Assembly: GCA_036275935.1 (NCBI GenBank)
Contig: DASUCS010000387.1
Coordinates: forward strand, 1 to 35,681
Origin: Acidimicrobiales bacterium
Lineage (GTDB): Bacteria; Actinomycetota; Acidimicrobiia; Acidimicrobiales; JACDCH01
Direction: 5' to 3'
DNA length: 35,681 nt
This document shows, in pieces, positions 25,446-33,223 of the stretch (its first letter is position 1; each line of letters starts with the position of its first letter). The position numbers and the translations under genes were made by a program. The notes beneath the pieces were generated by a model that saw nothing but the letters and a program-made list of their open reading frames with translations, ran no database searches and was not told where the DNA came from.

Positions 25446-26198
25446 TCAGCTGCTCGGCCGCGCGAGTCCACGATCTGCCGGAATGTCGGCGTCCTGTGTA
25501 CGAGCTGCGGAACGGAAGTTGCGTCCGACCACGAGTTGGTGGGGCCAGGGGTAGAAGCGATCGACCCGAGCGGTGGTCACGCACAGCTCGGTTTCCGCGA
25601 GCCATTGTGCGAGGTCGCGCGGCGCCGTGAAGGTGAGCCGCGGCTGTTCGGTACGGGTGATGCGCAACGCACGTGTGGCGAGCGTCTCTTGGATGAGATT
25701 CCACCGGAACTTCCAGCGAGGTGTGAGTCCCATCTCTTTGATGACCAGCACGCCGTCGGGTCGTAACGCCGCGGACGCGTGCTGCAGGAGCCGGTGTTGG
25801 TCGGGGGCCGACAGGAGATACAAGACGTCGACGATGACTACGGCGTCCCACGTTCCATCGGGTACAGCGCCCGCGGCGATGACGTCGAAGATGGCATTGG
25901 CGGGATGCGTTCTCAGTTGTTGAGCGGCGCGGCGGGCGACGGTGATCTTGTGGTCGTCGATGTCCACCCCGAGGACCCGCCGGTGCGGTGACTGGGTGGC
26001 GAGGTGCAGGGCGACGAGTCCGTGTCCGCAGCCGATCTCGAGGATGTCGCCGTGGGTGGGGACCTCGTGGGCGACGGCATCGATGGGACATGACCACCAC
26101 CGCAGTGCGAGGTGCAGCCGCGTGCCGAGGGGAAGGCCTTTGAACAGTCGCACGGCTCGTCGCGTGTCGGTCACGAAGCGGTACCGCCACCGTGACAC
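25446..26198 (-). CDS. Class I SAM-dependent methyltransferase
   Basis: SAM motif I DILEIGCGHGLVALHL, then RVLGVDID and VIVDVLYLL. GTG start. 250 aa. Confidence 0.8.
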   Translation of the reverse strand: MSRWRYRFVTDTRRAVRLFKGLPLGTRLHLALRWWSCPIDAVAHEVPTHGDILEIGCGHGLVALHLATQSPHRRVLGVDIDDHKITVARRAAQQLRTHPANAIFDVIAAGAVPDGTWDAVVIVDVLYLLSAPDQHRLLQHASAALRPDGVLVIKEMGLTPRWKFRWNLIQETLATRALRITRTEQPRLTFTAPRDLAQWLAETELCVTTARVDRFYPWPHQLVVGRNFRSAARTQDADIPADRGLARPSS

Positions 26199-26491
26199 CT
26201 GACCGGTGCTCGTGCCGAAGCCTGCGAGGTTCGCGCCATGTGCTTATCGTGCGATTGCAGTCTGGGATTCCGCTGAGGAACCGGCCAGGGCTGTGTTAGG
26301 GCCACGTTCCCCCGGCGACGGTGATGCCAACACGCGGGCGAGACAACGAAGTCCTTGCGTGCCGCCGCGTTCAGCGATCAGGACCGGCAGGTCGTAACAC
26401 AACCCTGGTCAGATTCTCAGCCGCTTCCCAGGTTGCGGTCCCAGGATCACGGCATGGTCAAGGCGACGTCGTCACCGCAACCGGTCCTTCA

Positions 26492-26920
26492 GTGACGCTC
26501 CTCGACGCGTGGCGAGGTGCTCGCGCCGACCACGACCGCGGCGAACTGTCCCCGTTCGTGAATGAAGACGCCCTTCCGGTGCCGGTTCGAATCAGCGAAG
26601 GGCTCGCACCGATGGCGGCGAGCCTGGCTGATCAGCTCGGCGCGGACTTCGACGTCGCCGTCGAACCTCCCGGCGCGAACGGGATCGCGGTTGTCGCCGC
26701 CCTGGGGCGTGAGGCGGTGGCGTTCATGCGTGCCCAGCACCCGCGTGCCGTGCTGCTCGTCGTCAAGCGAGGCCCGAATGGTCACAACGACAGCGCGGTC
26801 GACTATCTGCATGCCGGAGCCGATCAGTATCTCGAGACCACATCGACCGTCGAAATCTCGAGTCACATTCGATCGCTGGGCCGCCGCCTTCACCGCGCCT
26901 CACAACGCCCTGACGGGTAG
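26492..26920 (+). CDS. Hypothetical protein with a degenerate receiver (REC)-like C-terminal half
   Basis: GC3 is high only from about 26490 onward in ORF 26321..26920. In-frame starts are GTG 26492 and ATG 26612. AVLLVVKRG...AVDYLHAGADQYLETTSTVEISSHIRSLGRRL mirrors the alpha4-beta5-alpha5 region of response-regulator receivers, but the acidic pocket is not evident. Confidence 0.4.
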   Translation: MTLLDAWRGARADHDRGELSPFVNEDALPVPVRISEGLAPMAASLADQLGADFDVAVEPPGANGIAVVAALGREAVAFMRAQHPRAVLLVVKRGPNGHNDSAVDYLHAGADQYLETTSTVEISSHIRSLGRRLHRASQRPDG

Positions 26921-26988
26921 CACCGAGCGGCGGGTCGTCGAGTCGACGACAGACTGGACCGCTGTGGCGCGATCCGGGCTGGTCGTGC

Positions 26989-27633
26989 CTAGACCGTGGT
27001 CGGTTGGTCCAGGCCGGCGGTCACGTCGGCCTCGCCCCGCCGGGAGAAGCGGGCCGTGTACGCCAGGAGCCCGCCGATCGTGACCCAGCCCGCGATCGGT
27101 GAGATGGCAAGGAAGCGTTCCGTCGACACGCTCAAGGCGAGCGCAACCCGGAACGCGCACTCGCCGACGAGGCCCAGGCCCCACACGGCGGTGATGAACC
27201 GGAAGCGCTGGGCAGCGCCGGGGAGGTCCCAGATGGTGTTGAACTCGGCGACCTTGTCGGGCTCTCCGCCGGTGGCGAAGGCGCGTCCGAGGTACCACAT
27301 CACCGGGCGCTTCATCGTGAGCGAGGCGAGGCAGACAAGACCGAAGACGCCGGTGAGCATTGACTCCCGGATCTTCAACAGGGTGGCGTCGCCATGGAGA
27401 AGCACGGCGCCGATCAGTCCGAGGGCCATCCCGACGAGAGCGATGAGGCCGATGGGATCGTTGCCTCGGTGTCGGCTGCGCTCGACGACGATGTCGGCCA
27501 ACGGGAACACCATGATCGCCACCAGTGCCACCGCGTCGCTGCCGACGTGGGGCCGCAGCAGGGCGTAGCCGATCACCGGCAACAGCCCGGACACCACCAG
27601 GCGGGGCGCCATCGCGCGGAAGCTCGGGACCAT
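26989..27633 (-). CDS. VC0807-like / septation-protein-A-like small membrane protein
   Basis: Internal ATG (complement of 27631-27633) after GGGGA: MVPSFRAMAPRLVVSGLLPVIGYALLRPHVGSDAVALVAIMVFPL... It has 5-6 TM helices. The family call is from recollection of similar actinobacterial proteins. The longer ORF reaches 27711. Confidence 0.6.
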   Translation of the reverse strand: MVPSFRAMAPRLVVSGLLPVIGYALLRPHVGSDAVALVAIMVFPLADIVVERSRHRGNDPIGLIALVGMALGLIGAVLLHGDATLLKIRESMLTGVFGLVCLASLTMKRPVMWYLGRAFATGGEPDKVAEFNTIWDLPGAAQRFRFITAVWGLGLVGECAFRVALALSVSTERFLAISPIAGWVTIGGLLAYTARFSRRGEADVTAGLDQPTTV

Positions 27634-27998
27634 AGCGTTCCCCGTTCCCTCAACAGGACGGGCAGGCACAGCCTCGACGCTCACTCTTGAGGGTTCGTCA
27701 AGAGCGCGCACAGCACCTGCCGGCTCTCACGGCACGGAGAGTGACGCGTTCGACAAAGGACCTGGATGTGGGGATCCGATGCGATCCTGAAATCAGTAAG
27801 GCTCACGCGGATCGAAATCACGTTCGCGACTTCGCGGTCGTAGTGCTCGTACTCGTCGCCTTCCCTGTTCCGCCCCCGTAGAGGGAGCGGCACCCGCGTT
27901 CTCTGTGGAGTCGATCAGAGCGATCATGAACGCGCGGAGTGGATGTGACGACCGCACGCTCGTCGAGCGTGCTCCGACCCGATGGTTGTAGGAGACAA

Positions 27999-28403
27999 GT
28001 GACTACTGGTGCGCTGCTCGTGATGATGGCGGCTGGCCTCAGCGGGTCGTTTCTGCTCGCGACTTGGCTGGGGATGGGTGGACACCAACGGGACCGCGCG
28101 AACCCGAGCCGGTTCTCGGACGTGGTCGTCTTCGGTCACGTTGGCTTCGCGTGCGTCGCCTTCGTGCTGTGGCTGTTCTATGTCGTGCTGCGAACGAGTG
28201 CCCTTGCTTGGACCGCAGCGGTTGTACTCGTCGTCGTGCTCGCGCTCGGTCTCGGCATGTTCGTGCGGTGGCTTCCGCAGCCGCACCACGGTGCTCCGTA
28301 CTCGACGGCCGAGCAAGGCCTGTCCGTCACGGCTGTCGCGATACATGGGGCCTTGGCCGCGGCCACTGCAGCGCTTGTCGTTCTCTCAGTCATTCGGATC
28401 TGA
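27999..28403 (+). CDS. Small hypothetical membrane protein (4 TM)
   Basis: GTG at 27999 after AGGAGA: VTTGALLVMMAAGLSGSFLLATWLG..., with four hydrophobic helices. 134 aa. Confidence 0.55.
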   Translation: MTTGALLVMMAAGLSGSFLLATWLGMGGHQRDRANPSRFSDVVVFGHVGFACVAFVLWLFYVVLRTSALAWTAAVVLVVVLALGLGMFVRWLPQPHHGAPYSTAEQGLSVTAVAIHGALAAATAALVVLSVIRI

Positions 28404-28533
28404 ACGGTGTGCTGTGCTCCTTGGCGGACCACTCGTTCGAGTCAGAGGACTCGACGCACCGCCAATCTCGCTGCCCGCCGAGGGCAGCTGCCGCCCGCGA
28501 CGACCCGTCGACTCCTACGAGCAGCTTGCGCAC
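28390..28533 (-). pseudogene. USP-domain N-terminal fragment (47-codon ORF with its own SD); probable gene relic
   Basis: My reverse-strand translation from GTG (complement of 28531-28533), 5 nt after GAGGAG: VRKLLVGVDGSSRAAAALGGQRDWRCVESSDSNEWSAKEHSTPFRSE*. The first 18 residues match the USP beta1-alpha1 consensus (ILVGVDGS...AAL); the rest does not. It overlaps the 3' end of 27999..28403 by 14 nt. Confidence 0.35.
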
Positions 28534-28842
28534 GGCGACTCCTCAGGGCGGCGATGACTGTGCCGGGTTCGTCGTACCGGAACGGTGATCATCATCAGGC
28601 AGTCTGTGCTTCGACTTCTAGTAGCTCTAGCAGAGACTAGAGATATATCGGCTGTGGAGGAAGGACGCGAGCTCTTCGTGGGCTATCATTTGTAGTAATG
28701 CAAATAGTGGTCGTGTGCATCGTCGATTCTCGCCTCGCCTGGCGGTTCTCTGACCGTGATTCCGATGATTGACCGACGAACTCGAGTGGCGAGGTTCCTC
28801 GCGCTGTCCCACTTACTGCAACCCACAAGAGGAGAAGCCCAC

Positions 28843-29466
28843 ATGCCCGATGACCTGTATGTCCTACCGGACCTCGCCTACGACCCGGGTGCGCTGGAGC
28901 CTCACATCAGTGGTCGGATCATGGAGCTGCACCACAACCAGCACCACGCCGCCTACGTGAAGGGCGCCAACACCGCGCTGGCCAAGCTGCACGACATTCG
29001 CGAGAAGGGGGACTTCACCGCGATCTCGATGCTCGAGAAGAACCTGGCCTTCAACGTCTCTGGCCACGTGCTGCACTCTGTCTTCTGGACCAATCTCTCA
29101 CCCGCCGGGGGCGGCGAGCCCACCGGGGAGCTTGCTGAGATCATCGACGAGACCTTCGGTGGCTTCCCGGCGTTCCGGCAACAGATGACCGAAGCGGCCG
29201 CGACCATCCAAGGCGCCGGCTGGGCACTCGCGTCATGGGAGCCCCTTGCAGGGCGCATCGTCGTGCAGCAGGTGCACGACCACCAAGGCAACCATGGCCA
29301 AGGCACCGTCCCCCTGCTGGCGATCGATGCGTGGGAGCACGCCTATTACCTGCAGTACGAGAACCGCAAGACCGACTTCTTCGCCGCCGTGTGGAACATC
29401 GTGAACTGGTCCGACGTGTCCGAACGTCTTGGTCGGGCACGCAACCTCGCGGGCACGCAGGTGTGA
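28843..29466 (+). CDS. sodA: Superoxide dismutase [Fe/Mn]
   Basis: ATG at 28843 after AGAGGAGAA: MPDDLYVLPDLAYDPGALEPHISGRIMELHHNQHHAAYV...AIDAWEHAYYLQYENRKTDF. 207 aa. Confidence 0.95.
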   Translation: MPDDLYVLPDLAYDPGALEPHISGRIMELHHNQHHAAYVKGANTALAKLHDIREKGDFTAISMLEKNLAFNVSGHVLHSVFWTNLSPAGGGEPTGELAEIIDETFGGFPAFRQQMTEAAATIQGAGWALASWEPLAGRIVVQQVHDHQGNHGQGTVPLLAIDAWEHAYYLQYENRKTDFFAAVWNIVNWSDVSERLGRARNLAGTQV

Positions 29467-29536
29467 TCGTCGGCGCGGCGCCGATGCGTACAAGTACTGG
29501 CGGGCGGCGGAATGCACCACGCCCGTAAGGTGCCGT

Positions 29537-30463
29537 ATGCCATCCGAGCCGGGGAACGAATCGAACGGCGGAGGGTCAAGGGTCGAGCGCGTCGCTGTCG
29601 ACGTTTCGTATGAACACATCCTCGTCCCGCTCGACGGATCCGTGCTCGCGGGAGCTGCGATCCCGACTGCCCAGGCCATCGCTGAGCGGCTGGGAGCCGA
29701 AGTCCACGCGATCTCGGTTGCGTCCTCCGACGGCGTGACCGAATCGCTTCGCGAGCAGTCGCTCGGCACGATCTCGCCAGAGTCCAACGAAGTTCGAGTG
29801 CGCGTCGTGGTCGGTGAGGATCCTGCGGCGTCGATCGTTGAACAAGCCCGAGAGCTCGGCTCGACCCTGATCTGCATGTCCACCCACGGACGAGGACGAG
29901 TGGCCGGCGCCGTGCTGGGGTCTGTCGCGCGAGCGGTGTTCCACCGAGCCAAGGCACCGCTCGTCGCCGTGGGTCCCTTCGCTGACCGGCCGCCGCCCTT
30001 CACCTATCGATGGCCGGACCCGTTGGCGATCAATCGCGTGGTTGCCTGCGTCGATGGTTCGCAGGCGTCCGAGCAAGTGCTTCCGATTGCTGCCGGCTGG
30101 GCGAGGCTGCTCGGGGCGTCGCTTTCGATCCTGACGGTCGCGGAGCCAGCCGCACCGGTAGGCGGCGTCACACGAACACGGTCGGGCTGTTATGAACCCG
30201 ACGGCGACCCCGACGCCTACGTTGCGCGGCTCGCAGACCAGTTGCGGACAGCGGGCATCGACGCACACGCGGTCGTCGTTCACGATCCGATCAGTCCCGC
30301 CGAAGGCGTCAAAGCTCACCTTGCGACAGAAATGGCCGGCCTCGTGATTGTCACGACCCGCGCCCGTGGCGGCCTACGGCGCTTGTTGCTCGGTGCCGAC
30401 GCTGCTGCCATCGTCCGGGCATCTCTCGCGCCTGTGCTCGTGGTCCCACTGAATGTTGCATAG
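29537..30463 (+). CDS. Tandem universal stress protein (two USP domains)
   Basis: ATG at 29537. Domain 1 is HILVPLDGSVLAGAAIPTAQ...ICMSTHGRGRVAGAVLGSVARAV. Domain 2 is VVACVDGSQASEQVLP...VIVTTRARGGLRRLLLGADAAAIVRASLAPVLVV. 308 aa. Confidence 0.88.
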   Translation: MPSEPGNESNGGGSRVERVAVDVSYEHILVPLDGSVLAGAAIPTAQAIAERLGAEVHAISVASSDGVTESLREQSLGTISPESNEVRVRVVVGEDPAASIVEQARELGSTLICMSTHGRGRVAGAVLGSVARAVFHRAKAPLVAVGPFADRPPPFTYRWPDPLAINRVVACVDGSQASEQVLPIAAGWARLLGASLSILTVAEPAAPVGGVTRTRSGCYEPDGDPDAYVARLADQLRTAGIDAHAVVVHDPISPAEGVKAHLATEMAGLVIVTTRARGGLRRLLLGADAAAIVRASLAPVLVVPLNVA

Positions 30464-30561
30464 TCACTTGGAAGTGCACATGGCGCGGCTGGACTTGCAT
30501 CCGACGAGCGGTCTTCGCAACGCGATGACGAGCGCGCCAGCGAGAGGGAACGGGAGGTTCG

Positions 30562-31947
30562 GTGCTCCTCGGTGACGAGCCAATCTCGAGCCTGTCCGAG
30601 TACAAGGCCGTGGGCGGGGGCGAGGGCTTCGCCGTCGCGGTTCGGTACGGCCCAGACGAGATCATCGCCGAGCTGACCGCGAGCGGGCTCCGCGGCCGCG
30701 GCGGGGGAGGTTTTCCGACTGGCCGGAAATGGGCGGGGATTCGCGCTGCCGGTCCGGGCCACAGGTTCGCGGTGTGCAATGCGGCTGAAGGAGAGCCCGG
30801 CACTTTCAAGGATCGAGCGTTGCTGCGCCACAATCCGTACCAAGTGCTCGAGGGCCTGGCGATCGCCGCCTACGCCGTCGGTGCCCAGGCCGCATACGTT
30901 GCGACCAAGGCCAGCTACACCCGAGAGATCGAACGACTCGAAACCGCGATCGAGGAGATGCGTCAGGACGGATCCTTCGGGACCACCCCGGTGCACCTCG
31001 TGCAGGGTCCGGACGAGTACCTGTTCGGCGAAGAGAAGGCGTTGCTCGAAGTGATCGAGGGCCGCGAACCATTGCCGCGCTGGTTGCCGCCCTATGAGCA
31101 CGGCCTGTTCGCGACCGACATCCAGGCCGGTTGGGAATCCGTCGCCAGCGTCGCCGGTCAGGACGCCGAGCCGAATCCGACCCTGGTCAACAACGCCGAA
31201 ACGCTGGCGAACGTGCCCCACATCTTGCGGCTCGGCGCAGAGGCATTTCGCTCGGCCGGGACCGTCGAGTCCCCGGGCACGATCATCGCGACCGTCGTCG
31301 GCGATGTGCAGCATCCGTTCGTCGCCGAAGTCGACCTCGGTACGCCCCTTTCTGCGCTGCTCGAGCTCGCCGGCGGCCCACTCCCCGGCCGGCAGCTTCA
31401 GGCGGGCTTCTCCGGTGTGGCCAACGGTGTGATCGTTCCCGATCACTTCGACGTGCCAGTGGCCTATGAAACCCTGGCGACCGTGGGAAGCGGACTCGGC
31501 TCCGCAGGCTTCATGTTCTACGACGACACCGCGTGCATGGTCGAGGTGGCCCGAGCGCTGTCGCGGTTCCTGTACGTCGAGTCTTGCGGCCAGTGCCGCA
31601 GCTGCAAGTTCGGGTGTGGGGAGATCACCCGCGCGCTCGAGGCACTTGGTGAGGGAACGGGCACCGAGGATGACATCGGCGTGATCGGGGCCCGGCTCCG
31701 ATCGGTCACCGACCAGGTCCGCTGTTACCTCGCAACGGAAGAGCAAGTCCTCATCTCGTCGATCCTCGAACACTTTCCGGAGGAGTTCGCGCTGCACCTC
31801 GAAGGTCGATGCTCGGTGCCACCGCGACCCATCCTCGTCCCCAAGATCATTGACCTCACGCCTGGCATCGTGACCTTCGACGACCGACAGGAACGCAAAC
31901 AGCCCGACTGGACCTACTCACAGGCCCAAGATGGACACGTTGGTTGA
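30562..31947 (+). CDS. Stand-alone NuoF-like (complex I 51-kDa family) NAD(H)/FMN/4Fe-4S flavoprotein
   Basis: GTG after GGGAGG. FMN/NADH motifs GLRGRGGGGFPTGRKW and NAAEGEPGTFKDR, plus the cluster motif ESCGQCRSCKFG with a later Cys (VRCYLA). No nuoE or nuoG neighbours. Confidence 0.85.
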   Translation: MLLGDEPISSLSEYKAVGGGEGFAVAVRYGPDEIIAELTASGLRGRGGGGFPTGRKWAGIRAAGPGHRFAVCNAAEGEPGTFKDRALLRHNPYQVLEGLAIAAYAVGAQAAYVATKASYTREIERLETAIEEMRQDGSFGTTPVHLVQGPDEYLFGEEKALLEVIEGREPLPRWLPPYEHGLFATDIQAGWESVASVAGQDAEPNPTLVNNAETLANVPHILRLGAEAFRSAGTVESPGTIIATVVGDVQHPFVAEVDLGTPLSALLELAGGPLPGRQLQAGFSGVANGVIVPDHFDVPVAYETLATVGSGLGSAGFMFYDDTACMVEVARALSRFLYVESCGQCRSCKFGCGEITRALEALGEGTGTEDDIGVIGARLRSVTDQVRCYLATEEQVLISSILEHFPEEFALHLEGRCSVPPRPILVPKIIDLTPGIVTFDDRQERKQPDWTYSQAQDGHVG

Positions 31948-31957
31948 CTGACCAGAA

Positions 31958-32617
31958 CTAACTGGCGGCCTCGACGTGGAGCCGGAGTCGACACTGGGCC
32001 CACCGCGGATCCTTGGCGATGAGCTCGTCGACGACGGTGTCGGAGCCATCGGCGATTCCTTGGGCCATCCCGAGGTGCAACGAGCACACCGTGTCGGGAT
32101 CGGCCAACGCCGTCGTCGCGAATGGGCACGTGTCGAGAACGATGTCGATGCGCTTGCCCCGCCGACGAACTTCGGGTTCGAATCCGAGCCGCGCCATGGC
32201 GTCACTCATGTTGGTGACGACATCTGCGGGATCGACGGCCGCGTCCCGATACTCCTGACCAGCTCGCCAGCCGACTTCCTCGGGCGTGTCGCCAGAACGG
32301 ATGATCTCCGAGAGCAGCAGACTGAGCCGTTCGTAGGGACCCATCACACCCCAGCGGCTCTCCGCGGACGGGTCGATCTCGTACAGGAGGCGAGGGCGTC
32401 CAGGACCGCCGCCCTGGACGGTGGTCTCGATGACGAGACCTGCGTCGAGGAGCTTGGCGAGATGTTGGCGGATCGCATTGTGGTTCAGCCCGAAGTGATC
32501 AGTGAGCTCGGCGACTCCTGTGGGCTCACCGGCATCTGCGATGTAGCGAAAGATGGCGTGGCGCGTCGGGTCACCCAGCGCTCGAGCTTGCTGTTGCAGG
32601 GACGTCGTCATCGTCAA
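31958..32617 (-). CDS. ArsR-type winged-helix transcriptional regulator with a C-terminal extension
   Basis: LGDPTRHAIFRYIADAGEPTGVAELTDHFGLNHNAIRQHLAKLLDAGLV is an ArsR HTH. The start is either a TTG at 32617 overlapping the upstream stop or an ATG at 32611, 2 nt after it. Confidence 0.85.
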   Translation of the reverse strand: MTMTTSLQQQARALGDPTRHAIFRYIADAGEPTGVAELTDHFGLNHNAIRQHLAKLLDAGLVIETTVQGGGPGRPRLLYEIDPSAESRWGVMGPYERLSLLLSEIIRSGDTPEEVGWRAGQEYRDAAVDPADVVTNMSDAMARLGFEPEVRRRGKRIDIVLDTCPFATTALADPDTVCSLHLGMAQGIADGSDTVVDELIAKDPRWAQCRLRLHVEAAS

Positions 32618-32943
32618 GAACCTTGGGGGCTCGATCGGTCTGTTCCGTAGTGTGTCCGCCGCGGAGTCAGAGAGTTGACGATGGCATCCGCCAACTCGCC
32701 GATCGTCGTGGCGGCGAACAGTTCATCGAAGTCCGGCTCCGCCAGCGTCCGCTCGGCGAACTCCTCGGTCGCGGCGTCCCACAACCAGAACATCGCGGCT
32801 TGGTCGTCGATGCCGAGCCGGGCAAGCGGCAGACTCGGGTCAGGATCGGCGCACCAGTCGGGCGGGCTGGTCAGCGCCCAGATCAGCTCGAGAACGGTGT
32901 TGGTGTCGACGGCATCGTGCCGACGGTGAGTCTCGGCGGGCAT
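32614..32943 (-). CDS. Small acidic carrier-protein-like hypothetical protein lacking the phosphopantetheine Ser (tentative)
   Basis: Internal ATG (complement of 32941-32943): MPAETHRRHDAVDTNTVLELIWAL...LARLGIDDQAAMFWLWDAATEEFAE...TTIGELADAIV. The helix pattern resembles ACP/PCP (LGxDSLxxxEL...EEF...TvgeL.d.i), but DSL is replaced by DDQ. 109 aa. Confidence 0.5.
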   Translation of the reverse strand: MPAETHRRHDAVDTNTVLELIWALTSPPDWCADPDPSLPLARLGIDDQAAMFWLWDAATEEFAERTLAEPDFDELFAATTIGELADAIVNSLTPRRTHYGTDRSSPQGS

Positions 32944-32969
32944 TCGGAATCCTGAGTCATGATCGACGG

Positions 32970-32993
32970 TAGTTCTACCAACAGCTAGAAGTA
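32970..32993. promoter_or_regulatory. AT-rich imperfect palindrome TAGTTCTA-N8-TAGAAGTA upstream of the ACP-like/ArsR operon
   Basis: 7 of 8 positions are complementary between the arms. It lies 27-50 nt upstream of the 32943 start, in locally low-GC DNA. Candidate ArsR autoregulatory operator. Confidence 0.3.
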
Positions 32994-33223
32994 TACGATA
33001 CCGTGGAGCCGGGCGACCTGGACTCCTCGGCTTCGCACCTCGATCTTCTCCAAACGCCCGGTTGCTCGAGCGGTTGGCGCCGATATCTCGGCACGTCGTC
33101 ACCGACGGTCAACAACGGCTCCGCGCACTATCTCCTGGCCGACTCGACAACTGAGCCCGGCCGCCCCCCAGGCACCGTTCGCGTCTCCTTAGGTTCCGTC
33201 GGGTCTACCCCTCGGGACGACTG

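Noticed and set aside
32150-32190. tRNA-like T-loop sequence GGGTTCGAATCCG followed by ...GCGCCA (also GGTTCGAATC at about 26584)
   Set aside because: No complementary acceptor, D or anticodon stems can be drawn in the preceding ~60 nt. Both lie inside well-supported coding frames (ArsR gene; hypothetical 26492..26920).
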